Made by a program: the position numbers and the translations under genes. Shown in pieces: positions 13,901 through 25,997 of a DNA stretch of 64,000 nucleotides (position 1 is its first letter; every line of letters begins with the position of its first letter). Source of the DNA: Nemertoderma westbladi (Eukaryota > Animalia > Xenacoelomorpha); contig JAUCBJ010001059.1 in NCBI GenBank assembly GCA_032718475.1, positions 1,881 through 65,880 of the forward strand. The letters are read 5' to 3'. The notes under the pieces were generated by a model that was not told the DNA's origin, searched no databases, and saw only the letters and a program-made list of their open reading frames with translations.

Positions 13901-16900
13901 TTCAACTTATTTAATCGAGAAAAATAACTATTAAAGCATAATAATTAATTAGAGAAACAAAATATCACGTAATTAACGGTAATTAGTAACCTACGGACCC
14001 AAACTGATATTAACGGTAATTAGTAACCTACGGACCTTAACTGATATTAACGGTAATTAGTAACCTACGGACCCTAACTGATATTAACGGTAATTAGTAA
14101 CCTACGGACCCTAACTGATATTAACGGTAATTAGTAACCTACGGACCTTAACTGATATTAACGGTAATTAGTAACCTACGGACCCTAACTGATATTATTT
14201 ACTTAAGGTTGAATTAATTGGCACTCACAGTAGCGTTTCTTATTGCTGTGAGTATATCCAACTGCGTGAGCCCGTCTAAGGCAGATAGGGTTAATAAAGT
14301 GTTTGTGAATACTTCGTGAAATATAAAGCATATTCTAGAACCACCGCACAACTCCGAGGTCAATATAGAATGGGCGGTGCCTTCTATTGTGGAACAGTAG
14401 TCGCTGGCGAATTTAGATATAGTTTGTAGGAGAATTTTCGGCTGTAAATAAAATAGATTAATGAAAGACTGAAACGTAAGGCCCAACTTAATAATATCTC
14501 CTCGCGGTGTGTAGAATGTTATTTAGGTAGCAAAGTCAATTAATTGTCAACTAACATGGTCGTCTACTTGTTGCCCGTAGCAACCAACTAGATCCTGGTA
14601 CTGACAGAGGAGTACGTTTATTCTCATCCGGAGGTCCGGCAGACATTTCTTGATGTGTTCGAGGAGGAGCTGTTGGAGACGTTTACCTAGGTTACGTGTG
14701 CCGTGTCTGGAAAACAAGATTAATAAGCGAAATAAATACCTACAAAGGGGGGGGGGGGGGGCAGAGATACCAAATTAGGAAATACAACTCGATATCAGTT
14801 AGACGTCGTTGAATTAGGGCGAGTTTGAGAAAATATACACCATAGTACTATATTGGATACTAGGACATATTCTGAAAGGTAATTGGACGGCCTCCCCATT
14901 TCCGTTGTCACATACCTGGAATACTCGCTTCTGATTGGCTAATAGCCAATTGCACAAAATTTCGATTGGTCTGTTCTTCAAATCTATCTCAACCTACAAT
15001 TTGGAGTATTTTGGTCTGAAAATTGGTGAGTAGATGGACTTACCACTTTATTCTTATATAAGTTTTTGAATTTCTTTTTCAAAATGATTTTATTGCCTCT
15101 TTTGTGACACGAAGTCATGAAGTTTTCAGTTTTATAGACAATACAGGCTTTAATCTAACTTTTCTCGGGAACTAGAGCGAAATTCAAAAATCCCTCTAAA
15201 GAATCAGTTCAGGGTAGACAGGGGTTTCAAACGAAAAAAATTAACCAAATCGAATAAAGATTGAAGGAGGAGATACAATTTTTAGTGACTAAAGGTGACC
15301 AAAAAATGAAACGTAAACGACGAGTAAAGGAGTCGTTTTAAAAAAAAAGTCGTTTTTTTTTTAATCTTCCCGCGCAAACTGTCTGTGAATATGAAAGAAC
15401 ATCAGTTTAATCTGGGTTGTCAGGATTCTACAATCGCCCTGGGTTTGCCCAGACGCATCAAACTAGGTCGGTGTCTGAAAATAAATAGTTTATCATACCT
15501 ACATACATACATACATACATACATACCTACATACATACATACATACATACATACCTACATACATACATACATACATACATACCTACATACATACATACAT
15601 ACATACATACCTACATACATACATACATACATACCTACATACATACATACATACATACCTACATACATACCTACATACATACATACATACATACATACAT
15701 ACCTACATACATACATACATACATACATACCTACATACATACATACATACATACCTACATACCTACATACATACCTACATACATACCTACATACATACAT
15801 ACATACATACATACATACATACATACCTACATACATACATACATACATACATACCTACATACATACATACATACCTACATACATACATACATACATACAT
15901 ACCTACATACATACATACATACATACATACATACATACATACCTACATACATACATACATACATACATACCTACATACATACCTACATACATACATACAT
16001 ACATACATACCTACATACATACATACATACATACATACATACATACATACCTACATACATACATACATACATACATACATACATACATACATACATACAT
16101 ACATACATACATACATACATACATACATACCTACATACATACATACATACATACATACATACCTACATACATACATACATACATACCTACATACATACAT
16201 ACATACATACATACCTACATACATACATACATACATACAGTAGGTAGGATACGATAGACTGCTGGAAAAGTAACTTACAAACTGGTAGGACCTTATTGAA
16301 TTAGGAAAAAGAATTAGACGGACTTTTAGAAAAATTACTTAGCGGAAACTATAAACTAAAGGCGTCCGGATAGATTTTGGATATTAATTAAGTGCGGAGT
16401 TAGTTAACAAAATAAAGGGATCCTATTAGCAGCGCTAGAGGGCGCTACAGTAGAACGCGTATAATAATAAGATTAACCTATGAGCTATAGCTGGATATTT
16501 CTTCTGTAGGAATTGAGTTTCGTCTTTGATTGCCTCGTGAATGGGTTTCCCAACGTTGATATCGGCCTGACTCCTGTTAATAACACCGACAATACCAAGT
16601 CGAACATCGATCACTAAGAGAAAAACAAAATAATATCAGTAAAAAAGGATTAACAATAATGTTAGCTAATTAAATATCAATAAAACTATTATTATCCCAT
16701 GGAAAATAACTTTTCAATAACTTTTTTCTTTTTGGCTTTTCAATATTTGCTTTTCCTCTTATCGAACTAGTACGAGTTGCGCGTCTATCCAATATATCCT
16801 AAACGTCAGATCGCTACAACTGTTATCTGGATTACAGCCATCTCGCACATATATCTTTATGTCATAACTTCAGATCTGCTATCTGGATGTGCTACCTGAT

Positions 16901-19900
16901 GCAAAGCTATTTTGATGAGCGACCTGACCTGCACCTGCAGTATTGCTATGCAGTATCGCGGTTGCTATCCGCTATCTGACAACAGCTGCACCGCTAGTTG
17001 ACCTACAATCCAGTAATGTAAGATTGGCTAGGGAACCTATAGTGGGTTTAGCACAATTCGTAATTGTTGAAGCAAACTTAACAAAACGACGCATAACAAC
17101 GTCATTGGGTGCGGGAAGTCCCTCAACAAAATACCTATGCCGCTATGCGTTATTATACGGTAATTTCCAAGTTAAACGAAAATTTATATTCCAACTCGTT
17201 ATTAAGGGGGGGTTCACCCCCAGTCTTTTTTTTTCATCATAATTTTTTTTAATGTGTTTTTCGTTAAGGTGTTTTGTTCTCGAGTTATGGTAACTTTTGT
17301 AATTTTCACTCAAAATTTCAAATGTTTTAATTTTTGTGCAGCACCACATTTGACGCCAAAAAAAAACATCAAACATCCATAAATGTGAAAATATTTTGCC
17401 ATTTTCGGAATCAGCGCCGAAAATTAGCCTATAGGTATCAAAACCACAAAAGTAGAATATATTTGAAAAATTTGAAACAATTTTCAGTTTTGGTGCATGT
17501 TTGGACAGTTGTAATCAGGATGAAATTTAAATGTTATTTTTCTCGCATTGGCTTTTTTTGGACACTTTCTCTATCTACTTTTTAACTACTCAACGGATTT
17601 TCATTTGGTTTGCAGAATTATGTAGAGGAATATTCGCCGCAAAAATTGTATAGACTGAATTTTGAAAAGTTATGGCATTTTTTGTGTAAAAAATCGCCAA
17701 ATTTTTGATTTTTTCGATTTTTCAGTATTTTTTAAACGAAAAATGCTATAACTTTTTTTTGAAACAAAATCTCAAAATTCTGTCAGTACAATTTTTGCGG
17801 GGAATATTCCTCTACATAATTCTGCAAACAGAACGAAAATCCGTGGAGTAGTTAAAAAGTAGATAGAGAAAGTGTCCCAAAAAAAGCCAAAAAGTAGATA
17901 GAGATAGTGTCACAAAAAAGCCAATGCTAGAAAATGACATTTAAATTTCATCCTGATTACAACTGTCCAAACATGCACCAAAAGTGAAAATTTTTTCAAA
18001 TTTTTCAAATATATTCTACTTTTGTGGTTTTGATACCTATAGGCTAATTTTCGGCGCTGATTCCGAAAATGGCAAAATATTTTCACATTTATGGATGTTT
18101 GATGGATTTTTTTGGTGTCAAATGTGGTGCTGCACCAAAATTAAAAAATTTGAAATTTTGAGTGAAAATTACAAAAGTTACCATAACTCGAGAACAAAAC
18201 ACCTTATCGAAAAACTGATTTCAGATTCGGAATCACCATAAAATTTTACATCGGAAAACACATTAAAAAAATTATGATGAAAAAAAAGACTGGGTGCGAA
18301 CTAGGGATGCGACAGAGCACCGGCTCCGGAAATCCGGAGCTCCGGGCCAATTTTCTAGTTCCGGCTCTGGTTCCGGTTCCGGGGAAATTAACCCGGAGCC
18401 AAACCGGAGCTTATGTTGTTGAAATTTGAATTAAAATAATAAGTTTTTCTGATGTATGAATAATGTAAATATAATAGTAATTAACATAATAACTCAATAA
18501 GTAATTTACAGCTTGTTTTTTTAAGTTTCCTAATAAAGCCCCACCCACCCTTGTGAAATTGTTTAAATATTTAAACAAAAACATTGAAATGATTCAGTTA
18601 ATTCAATTAATATTCTTCCCTAATTAAAAATATTAAATACTGTACATGTACTCTCGTTTCGTGCGTCAGTCTATAGAACCCCAATTCCACTGACCCCCAC
18701 CCCCATCCACAACAGGTTGGTACTGTTCATGTCGTTTTTTCAGTCGAGAAGGGTGCACGTTATAGTGACGGACCGGTATTATTCTAACCAAAACAATAAA
18801 CGAGACTCGACAGCACATGTTACAGATTAATTTTATAGTAGTAATCATAGCTGTTGTAGCTATAAGGATCTATTGTCGCAGGACATTATGTCACGGGACC
18901 TAACGACTATATGACCTATGACGTATTACCTGATATAAATTATAGACATAATTAGCGATGGTCAAAATAATGTCCTGCGTTGTTTTGATGTCGGTAGAAT
19001 AGCACCCCCCCCCCCCCCCTCCCCCCAATAGTTTTTTGGCTTCGTCACGATACCCATTGGTTGATGTACCATTTTACAGCAGGGAGTCTTTGGACGCAAT
19101 ATAAATTCATCCCTTCCCTCTCCAGGGGAAAATCGACGCAAATAACTGCTGATTACTACAAAAAAAACTGTAACCTGTTATATTGAATATAGTTAGTTTA
19201 TTGTTTTGATTATAATAGTATGCGACTGTAAATTGCTCATTTCCCTTAATTGATAATTTAACATTGAGGCGAGATATTAATTCGCCGCGTAAGAAATTGC
19301 ATCAAATCCCCCCCCCCCCCCCCCCCCCATGTCTCATGGACACATATCTGTTTATGTCTAATATAATAATACACTGGAATTATCAATCACCAAATCTCCG
19401 GCTCCGGCTCCGTCTCCGGCCGGAGCTCATATTGTAATCCGGAGGAACCTCCGGGCTCCGGCTCCGGATGATATTTTAGCTCTGTCGCATCCCTAGTGTG
19501 AACCCCCCCTTAACTTGCGACAACTGTCACTCCAAATATCCCATAACTTACTACACCGTAGAAGCTTGTCACATAAATACGCTGAATTTTACAAATATCG
19601 TGGGGATGTGCAAAGTGAAACTTACGTAACAATAACATGGTTGTTTATGCGTTGTACAACAGGTATCTTCTAGCCAAGGTTGGGGTACAAGATAAATCGT
19701 ATTACAGAGAAATTTACATTATATAATAGACTAAGTGTTGAATTTCAAAACACATTTCTTTAGATGAAAATATGACCAGAACCTTAGATCCAGATCGATC
19801 TAACCTTGATTAGTTAGTACATCGTGTGCGTCGGTGCCTTTGTCCATGAGATCGAGCTTGGTGACCACAGCCAGAGTTCTCGCCCCGTCTGGGTCCACCT

Positions 19901-22900
19901 GTTTGGCAAACTTTATCGCCTCGGTGGTCGCTATGTCTGTGTTCGCAGCGGTAACGGTGAGAATCATCGAGTTGGGGTTGGAGATATGGCTGAGTACCAA
20001 CTCACCGATCTGGTCCTCTATGTCTTCTGGTTGATCGCCAACCGGAATCTGTGGGAGAAAGAATACACTAGGTGCCTGAACAGGCATTACTCTCATAATA
20101 TACTGATCTACAGGAGATTTTCTATCAGCGACCGAAGCCAGCTGACAATCAGTCGAGGCATGGAAATCGATCAACGTGCTGACTGGGAGGAAAGGCGAAC
20201 CAACAACCAAGGAATGCTATCAGCTGAATCTCCAACTGATAACATGGCCGGGTATAGGCCGATAACAAAACAAAACGTGTCTGAGTCTGAGTCTGCACTC
20301 CCAGATATTCCTATTGGTGATATCTCCTTTGCAGAAGCGAAGGCTGCTGCAAAGAGCATTAAGACCAATCGTGCCAGTGGAGTAGATGGTGTTCCCCCTG
20401 AGGTCTTTAAAATACCGGAGTGTTTAAAGCTCATCTATCCCATCATAGTAGACATGTACCGTACAACAAGAGTCCCACAAGAAATGAAAACAAATAAGTT
20501 GGTGCCAGTTCCCAAGAAGGGCAACCTAACACTCTATGGTTCTTTTCGGGGAATCTCATTGATCTCGATTGCTGCAAAGCTATACAATAGGATTCTATTA
20601 AATCGCATCAGGGATCCCATTGAGAGACTGCTCCGTGGAAATCAGAATGGGTTCCGTATAGGTTGGGGGGCCGATTATGGATAGGTTGATGAACATTCAA
20701 GGCTCTTATAACAAAGTTTCAATGAAGCAACAGAACGTACCTTAGTGAGACCCGGGAGATCGACGAGAGTCAATGTAAACACATCAGTTGCGAAGACTCT
20801 CAGAGTAATAGGGTCCGTGCATATCGCTTTGTTACCCCCGGCTAATCGGTCAGTTTCCCCTTCAATCTCAGCCCGGATCTCAGCGAAGTCGGTAAACACC
20901 TGGAAAGTGAAAGGAAATGTCGAAAAATAATAAATAATAAGTAAATTACATTTCAAACTTTTTTAACATACATTACCGGTATATATATGTATATGTGAAA
21001 AAAGTTTGAAATATAATTTTCGTAGGGGAGCAGTTCCCCAGTCTGATGCTACAGGGTAAAACTACTAAACGAAATTGTAAAGGCAAATGTTGACATATAT
21101 AATGACTTAATTCATCGTTTCGACATCTATGAAACCAAGTTTGGTTTCATTTCATCGAATATACGATTAGCCTTCGTGCAATAACGTCACCAATAATAAG
21201 CATATGGGGAGCATCATGTCAGTTTTATTCAATGAAGTTTAACTATATAATATAATATAGAAACAATAACTGACTTCCTGTAAATTATATTTTAACAGAT
21301 AAAAATTGTAACTGAAACTGAAATGCGAAATGTTTATTACTGAAACTGTAACTGAAATCAATACAACTCACCTTGTTCTTTATGTGACCGAACTCCCCCC
21401 AGGCAGTGGCACCAGTAGACCTGCACTGCTCGCTATTCTCCTCGACCTGGATGAGCTGTAGAATCAGCGGTCTCCTAGTTACAATACCGGTTCCGCGGGG
21501 TAGGAAATCCCGACCCACAATTCCTTCTAGAACGGAACTCTTTCCAGAACTCTACGGAAGGATTTGTGTTAAGGTTTGTTATATATTTTCAATGACCAAT
21601 TATTATTGTACGACGAACACATAAATGTACTCTACACCACGTCCTAGTATATAGTGTGTTATTCTGGTACCGTACATCCCCCCCCCCCCCCCCAAATCTT
21701 TCTACAAATATCAATGAGATTGCATGAAATTTGAAACATAGCCTAGATAGCTTCACCTCCCTCCTCCTCCTTAGTGGGTGAGCCAGAATTTTTATTTTTC
21801 TTCCAATCTTTAGCTACAAGTGTTTAAAAATGTATTTCCCGCGATATTACAACCTTTTTAGTGAATATAAGTTGGTATGAATGGAAACCTGGTTGTGCAA
21901 GAATTCCAAATATGTAACACAATCAAAATTTCGTTGAAAAATAGCTGAGATATGAGCGTTGTTGGAGCGATGTTGGACGGTTTTGCACCTGCACGAGGCT
22001 GTTTCATTCTATTAAATAAAAACGACACAATATAGAACATTTTTTTTATGTATGAATTAGCTTATTAGCTAAATTAGCTTTTTAGTTTATGTATGAACTT
22101 AGATAGTATAGTAATAGTATGATTAGAAAAATAGTTTTTATTGTTGGCTGGACCTATGTCTAAGTGACCATTTGGTCACTTAAGAGTTAGACATAGGTCC
22201 AGCCAACAAAACAAACTCTTTATCTAATGATACCACCGGTGACCTGGGCAAGAACCTACCTACAGAGACTAATAGTATGATTAAAGAGGCAATGCATTGT
22301 TTCCCAGCTACGTTAGGGATAAACAAAATGTTCCAGAATGTGTATTTATTAAATAGAATAAATGGCCTGCAGCGGAAGCAAATGAAGCAAGCAAAGCAAG
22401 ACTAACTGCGCTGTAACTGGTGCGGTGTAACTGCGGTGTAACTGGTGCAATATCGGCAGAGACACCTTCTTTAAAAGTTTGTAGCTAAAGAATGAGACCA
22501 ATAACAAAAATAATTACTCACCAACCCAGGAGGAGTTACGTGAAACTAAACTAGGGCAGTACCAGAATAACGACACTATATTCTTCAGGACTTGCGTGTA
22601 AGGTAAGAAATGCAATAAATTTAGCATCAATTATATAAGTTAACTGGATTAATTTGCAGCATCCATGAGTGCACTAGTTACGGTGGCTGATCTTTGCCAA
22701 TTAATTTTTTTAAGTTCTCCATGACGTCAGAGTTTATGGTCGACCATAAATTAATTTTTGGTCGACCAGAAATATATTTTTTGAAATAAAAGACTGAAAT
22801 AAAAGTAAAAAGTAGAAGTGCTGGCAGGCTGGACAACGTGGAAATGGTTTAGTTTCGCTGTCGATTCTCCTTTTATCAATTTTTTGTTTGTGTCTCGATA

Positions 22901-23267
22901 ATGCAGAGGTTGTTGTGTACTTCTTATCGCATAAATTACATTCGACTACTTTTTTAATCGTCTCATTACTGCTCCCATGTACTGTAACTACCACGAGAAA
23001 GAATAGGCCTAGGGCCAAGGCCCCTTTAAAGCTTTAAGTAATGAATTAACAAAACCTGCTATTAGATTAGGTATTATGGCTATTACAGTATTAGATTATT
23101 GTTGCTTCAATTCTTAATAATTTGCTTTGCTGTACCTATTGTTCTTCCTCCACCACACAACTAACCTGGCTTCCAATAACAACTATCATTGGTAATTGTA
23201 CATCACCAACTCCGACGGTCTGAAATACATCTTGGAGTTTATTTATCGTTGGGATAAGAGCTTCCAT
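7903..23267 (-). CDS. DNM1L: Dynamin-1-like protein (Drp1, mitochondrial/peroxisomal fission GTPase), 12 exons, 675 aa using the first exon-10 donor
   Basis: Exons, all GT-AG and phase-compatible: 23267-23166, 21551-21372, 20899-20741, 20048-19805, 16613-16478, 14706-14556, 14441-14229, 13732-13644, 13396-13246, 13121-12939, 8815-8668, 8174-7903 (2028 nt). Motifs [95 protein letters not shown]. No PH or PRD domain. Confidence 0.96.
8893..12980. repeat. 45-bp minisatellite, ~90 copies, spanning the Drp1 exon10/intron10 junction
   Basis: Minus-strand unit AGTATGAGTCACTCGCGAGCCAGTTCAACAGGCGGGGGCGAGGTT ([15 protein letters not shown]); each junction recreates GAG|GTTAGT. Confidence 0.98.
13972..14197. 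repeat. 37-bp tandem repeat, ~6 copies, Drp1 intron 7
   Basis: Unit TAACGGTAATTAGTAACCTACGGACCYWAACTGATAT; begins about 30 nt downstream of the exon-7 donor. Confidence 0.95.
15495..16239. repeat. (TACA)n/(TACC) microsatellite, ~740 bp, Drp1 intron 5
   Basis: Direct reading; produces the spurious HTYI and MYVC ORFs. Confidence 0.98.
17206..19509. mobile_element. Non-autonomous foldback DNA transposon with TTAA TSD (Kolobok-like), interrupted by a hAT-type element
   Basis: TTAA|GGGGGGGTTCAC at 17202-17217 and GAACCCCCCC|TTAA at 19500-19513. About 17206-17690 is the reverse complement of about 17760-18300. Confidence 0.8.
18302..19495. mobile_element. Non-autonomous hAT-type element
   Basis: TIRs TAGGGATGCGACAGAGC...GCTCTGTCGCATCCCTA; 8-bp TSD GTGCGAAC/GTGTGAAC (one mismatch); subterminal CTCCGG/CCGGAG repeats at both ends. 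Confidence 0.85.
20070..20665 (+). mobile_element. Internal RTE LINE fragment filling most of Drp1 intron 3
   Basis: [53 protein letters not shown]; truncated at both ends. Confidence 0.85.
21645..22582. mobile_element. Degenerate inverted-repeat (MITE/foldback-like) element in Drp1 intron 1
   Basis: ATATAGTGTGTTATTCTGGTAC near 21648 is mirrored by GTACCAGAATAACGACACTATAT near 22560; inner CTTTAGCTACAA / TTGTAGCTAAAG; central hairpin 22141-22209. Related sequence at about 29850-30125. Confidence 0.6.
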
Positions 23268-24479
23268 AACGAAATCACAATCCTTTTGTCAGACTGACTC
23301 TGACTGTCTGACAGTTGTTGGCAATACCAAAATAAAGTCAGTGTACCGCCACTGCCAGTACCGGTTGTAATGCACCGGCAGTGTCAGTCAGAGTGTGAGT
23401 GTATATAGGCCTATATATATACCGGTAGTCCTGTAGTTGTAGTAGGCTACAGTAGTAAATCCAGAAATCAGTAAATTGTTTCTTGAACAGTTTCAGAGTT
23501 TGCAGTAGGCCTACAAAGTAAAATTCCGACATTGCTACCGATCCGGTACAGCAGCATGCTGGGCTGGTATGCGGTCTATCACTATCAGTATACTGGTATA
23601 CTGCAACTGCAGTATAGCAGTACTGGCTGACTGGTATATGGGATGGGTGTATGATGATGTGATTTCAGGATTTAATGTATAGAATGTAGGCTAGGGTGGT
23701 CCAAAATTTTTCGAATTTCAACTCAGATCGCGCATCCGATCATGTCATCAAATGGGCCAAAACTTCGATAGATAACAACATTTTGATTTGGGATGACCAA
23801 TGACAGGAAAAATTCCCACAGGCACGCACATGGCCAGTTTCCACCCTTGGCACAAGTGAGTCACAATCTCCATTTTTGGGATGATCAACTTCTAGTATTC
23901 CTACTGCATTTATATTATGCTTATTAGAACCGCAATGACAGAGGGAATAGTTCGAATAGATAGAGCGAATAGTCCTTGAGATATTGCAGCTATTGTATAG
24001 ATATATATGCTATAGTATCTATTGAATGCGAAGCCGGCACAAGTCAACATTAGCGCCTTGATGCGATGCAGCCGATTTTCACTGGCTGTGACTGGCCATC
24101 ATTTTTACACTTGCGCCAATATTTACCTCTAAAATGATGCCCGCCTTAACTATAATGTACTAGACTCATAATCACAGAGTTACGTAATGTTTAACTTTCG
24201 ATTAGAATTTAAGAGGTAAATATATCTGAGTTTATATCTGAATTTTAACTCATTTTAACTCTGATTTTAACCCCTGATCTTTTAGGTCATTTAGTAAATT
24301 TGTATTATTGACTTCACCTTTGCCAGTAATGGCGTAATAATAATCTAATAATTATATTAGTACTCTTCCCCAAACAAAACCCTTTTAGAAAATGTTAAAG
24401 TAACAAACTCAACTAACAATATTGAATGGGTAATAACTTTCTTTTTACCGCGTTATTTAGTGGTGTAAACTTAAACGAA

Positions 24480-24756
24480 CACAGGTTTATGGACAGGTCT
24501 ACGGACAGACTTACGGACAGGTTTGCGGACAGATTTACGGACAGGTTTGCGGACAAGTTTGCGGACAGATTTACGGACAGGTTTGCGGACAAGTTTGCGG
24601 ACAGATTTACGGACAGGTTTACTGACAGGTTTACGGACAGGTTTTACGGACAGGTTTGCGGACAAGTTTGCGGACAGGTTTGCGGACAGGTTTGCGGACG
24701 GGTTTGCGGACGGGTTTGCGGACAGGTTTGCTGACAGGTTAACGGACAGGTTTACT
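24480..24756. repeat. 12-bp tandem repeat (CGGACAGGTTTR)n, ~23 copies
   Basis: Direct reading; intergenic between Drp1 and RUFY. Confidence 0.95.
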
Positions 24757-25997
24757 TTTTAGGCACTTTTTCCATAGGGAAAAATGTAACCCGTAGGATT
24801 GCATTTATTTTAATTTTTCCGTCTAAAAAGTAAAATAAGAATATGTGAAAACAATTTTGGTGGATAGTATATTACATTTTATTACATGTGTTGAAAGATA
24901 ATCGAAATATAAAAGGTTTGCAAGAAATTTGTGTAAAATCGATTCACAAACTCAAAAGTTATTGCAACTTTATTAGTGTCTACAACAGTACAAGGCGTAC
25001 ACCAAAACGGAACTGAATATTCTATATTGGTTTGTGTAGTTCAGCTGCTCTCTAGTTACGTAATAAATATTCGAGAACGCTAAATTATTTAACATTGAGT
25101 AAGGCAGCATCAGGATTTGAAGAGTTCAATAATATGAATCACAGAAACTATGAAAGCAATATAGTAAAATACTATAGTTCAATTTATTTTGTAACACTAT
25201 ATCGTTCTATCTTATATTATATTAAAGAGTTAAGCAACGAAAAAGTACCACGAATTACATGGGAAAAAACGAGATATTTTTTTCTAATATTCTTTCGACT
25301 CTCTATTATAATCATATCAATAAAGTCCAGCTACCTGTAGGAACACAATATGCACCGAGAACACAGTGTGATTGTTGGTTGTGATTGTCAATGTAGCCTA
25401 TTTATATTGCTCTGATGAAGAACTCTGTTCTGTTAAATTCCTACAGTAGTTGCTGTATACGTACAGAATCAAAGAAAGGCGAACCCGTGAACAAATATGG
25501 AACAAATTCGCGATAAATTTTCCAAGAGCCAACGAGAGCGACTGCACTTCAAATGCAATAATACTTTAGAATTATTGTGCTATTGAAATGGAATTAATTA
25601 CAACTTTTGAATGCAATTTAAACTTATTTTTTTTTTAGTTTTCCGTAAACTTACAATGGAATAGTGTTCTTTTCTAGTAAACTAGTTATCATTATACTAC
25701 TAATATTAGTACATTAGTACTGCATTCGTAATAAAGTTGGCCCACCAGTTTTATGGTTTAATAGACAAAATTCCGTGAACAAATAAGATTAATTAACAAT
25801 AGCTAGAAAAATTAATAATAATAATAATTTATTGCAAGGCTAAGACCCATAATATATATAATTATACAACAGCGATAGCACAAAGAGATTTTTAAACAGT
25901 TATAGAAAATATCGATGCAGATTTAATAGATGAATTCCGGTATAAAATGTCAGTAGAAGTTGATTTAATTACTACCGGTCGGTGGTCTAATAAAGTT

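Noticed and set aside
15385-16257. 290-aa HTYI-repeat ORF
   Set aside because: Translation of a (TACA)n microsatellite.
16430-16447. CTCF-like GCGCTAGAGGGCGC
   Set aside because: A single match with no supporting context.
19824-20684. 286-aa plus-strand ORF
   Set aside because: Chimera of antisense Drp1 exon 4 and the RTE fragment.
22734-23018. Lone C2H2-like [15 protein letters not shown] in Drp1 intron 1
   Set aside because: Incomplete finger with no place in the Drp1 model; probably a transposon relic.
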